Positions 63,442-64,000 of a DNA stretch of 64,000 bases are shown one piece after another. The notes beneath the pieces are model-generated. The model was not told the DNA's origin. It ran no database searches and worked only from the letters and a program-made list of their open reading frames with translations. The first letter of the stretch is position 1, and each line of letters opens with the position of its first letter. Origin of the DNA: Bacillota bacterium (GTDB lineage: Bacteria; Bacillota; PH28-bin88); the NCBI GenBank assembly GCA_040757295.1, contig JBFLXH010000006.1:23300-87299 (forward strand), read 5' to 3'. The translations under genes were made by a program, and so were the position numbers.

Positions 63442-64000
63442 ATGTTTAAAAAAGCTATTGCCTTGCTGCTAGTGCTGCTGCTTGCTGTCAGCGTTGTCGG
63501 CTGCGGCCAAAAACAACCGCCTGCCGCTGAAAAACCCGCCGAGAAGAAAGTTGAAACTTATACCATCAGGTTCGGAATGGGCGCTGCTGAAGGTTCTTCT
63601 AGTTATATCGGTGCAGTCAGGTTTAAAGAGATCTTAGAAAAAGAGAGCAACGGCCGCTTCAAGGTTGACCTGTTCCCAGGGGGCCAGTTGGGCGCCGACT
63701 TGTCCATGATGCAGGCCCTGCAGATGGGTACCCTGGATATGACCATGCCGGCAACCGCTCCCATCGCTAACCTAACTAATACCTTCTTGGTGTTCGACCT
63801 GCCGTACTTAATTCCTGATTATGCCACTGCCGACAGAGTTTTGGACGGTCCTGTTGGCCAGGAAATTCTTAAAACTCTTGAGCCTGTAGGAATTGTCGGT
63901 CTGGCCTGGTCGGAAAACGGCTTCCGCCACCTGACCAACAGCGCTCGGGAAGTCAAGAAAGTGGAGGACCTAAAGGGTCTTAAGATCCGGGTCATGCAAA
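63442..64000 (+). CDS. TRAP transporter substrate-binding protein (DctP family), N-terminal part (runs off the window end)
   Basis: ATG at 63442 after an AGGAGGG RBS. Translation gives MFKKAIALLLVLLLAVSVVGCGQ (lipoprotein signal), then YTIRFGMGAAEGSS...LFPGGQLG...MQALQMGTLDM, typical of DctP. There is no stop in the window, so it is absent from the track. Confidence 0.8.
   Translation, partial: MFKKAIALLLVLLLAVSVVGCGQKQPPAAEKPAEKKVETYTIRFGMGAAEGSSSYIGAVRFKEILEKESNGRFKVDLFPGGQLGADLSMMQALQMGTLDMTMPATAPIANLTNTFLVFDLPYLIPDYATADRVLDGPVGQEILKTLEPVGIVGLAWSENGFRHLTNSAREVKKVEDLKGLKIRVMQ

Overview
Chromosomal window from what looks like a spore-forming anaerobic Firmicute. A Peptococcaceae/Desulfotomaculum-like origin is inferred only from gene content: SpoVAC, three sigma-54 activators, an AOR-family enzyme and a glycyl radical enzyme.

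Left end: a complete minus-strand tryptophan operon, trpE-trpG-aroF-trpD-trpC-trpF-trpB-trpA. Its leader carries 16 (G/U)AG triplets plus an intrinsic terminator, which is a TRAP-type attenuation signature.

The rest of the window, in order:
- an OmpR-type two-component system
- a hydroxypyruvate-isomerase-like gene
- hflX
- VanW and M23 cell-wall proteins
- an HpcH aldolase
- a GIY-YIG protein
- a HypD-like glycyl radical enzyme with its activase
- a sigma-54-driven HlyD/MacB-type ABC exporter operon that carries its own NtrB/NtrC-type system
- a YdhX/YdhV/YdhW-like Tat-linked AOR-family cluster with tatA
- an SDR / sigma-54 activator / permease / Fe-ADH module
- a Rossmann-MCP fusion
- a partial spoVA2mob-like cassette
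- a 1430-aa double-ATPase activase-like protein
- an AcoR-like activator with a sigma-54-driven TPP enzyme
- a right-hand block of small metabolic genes: histidine phosphatase, radical SAM, aminotransferase, VOC, LarA-like, RpiR, TRAP DctP

The most unusual signal is a dispersed, modular hairpin-repeat family (seven loci, MITE/PATE-like, one nested insertion). Its copies sit next to several of the roughly ten truncated gene relics in the window. No rRNA, tRNA or CRISPR array was seen. Family names come from motifs I recognise by eye. No database search was possible.
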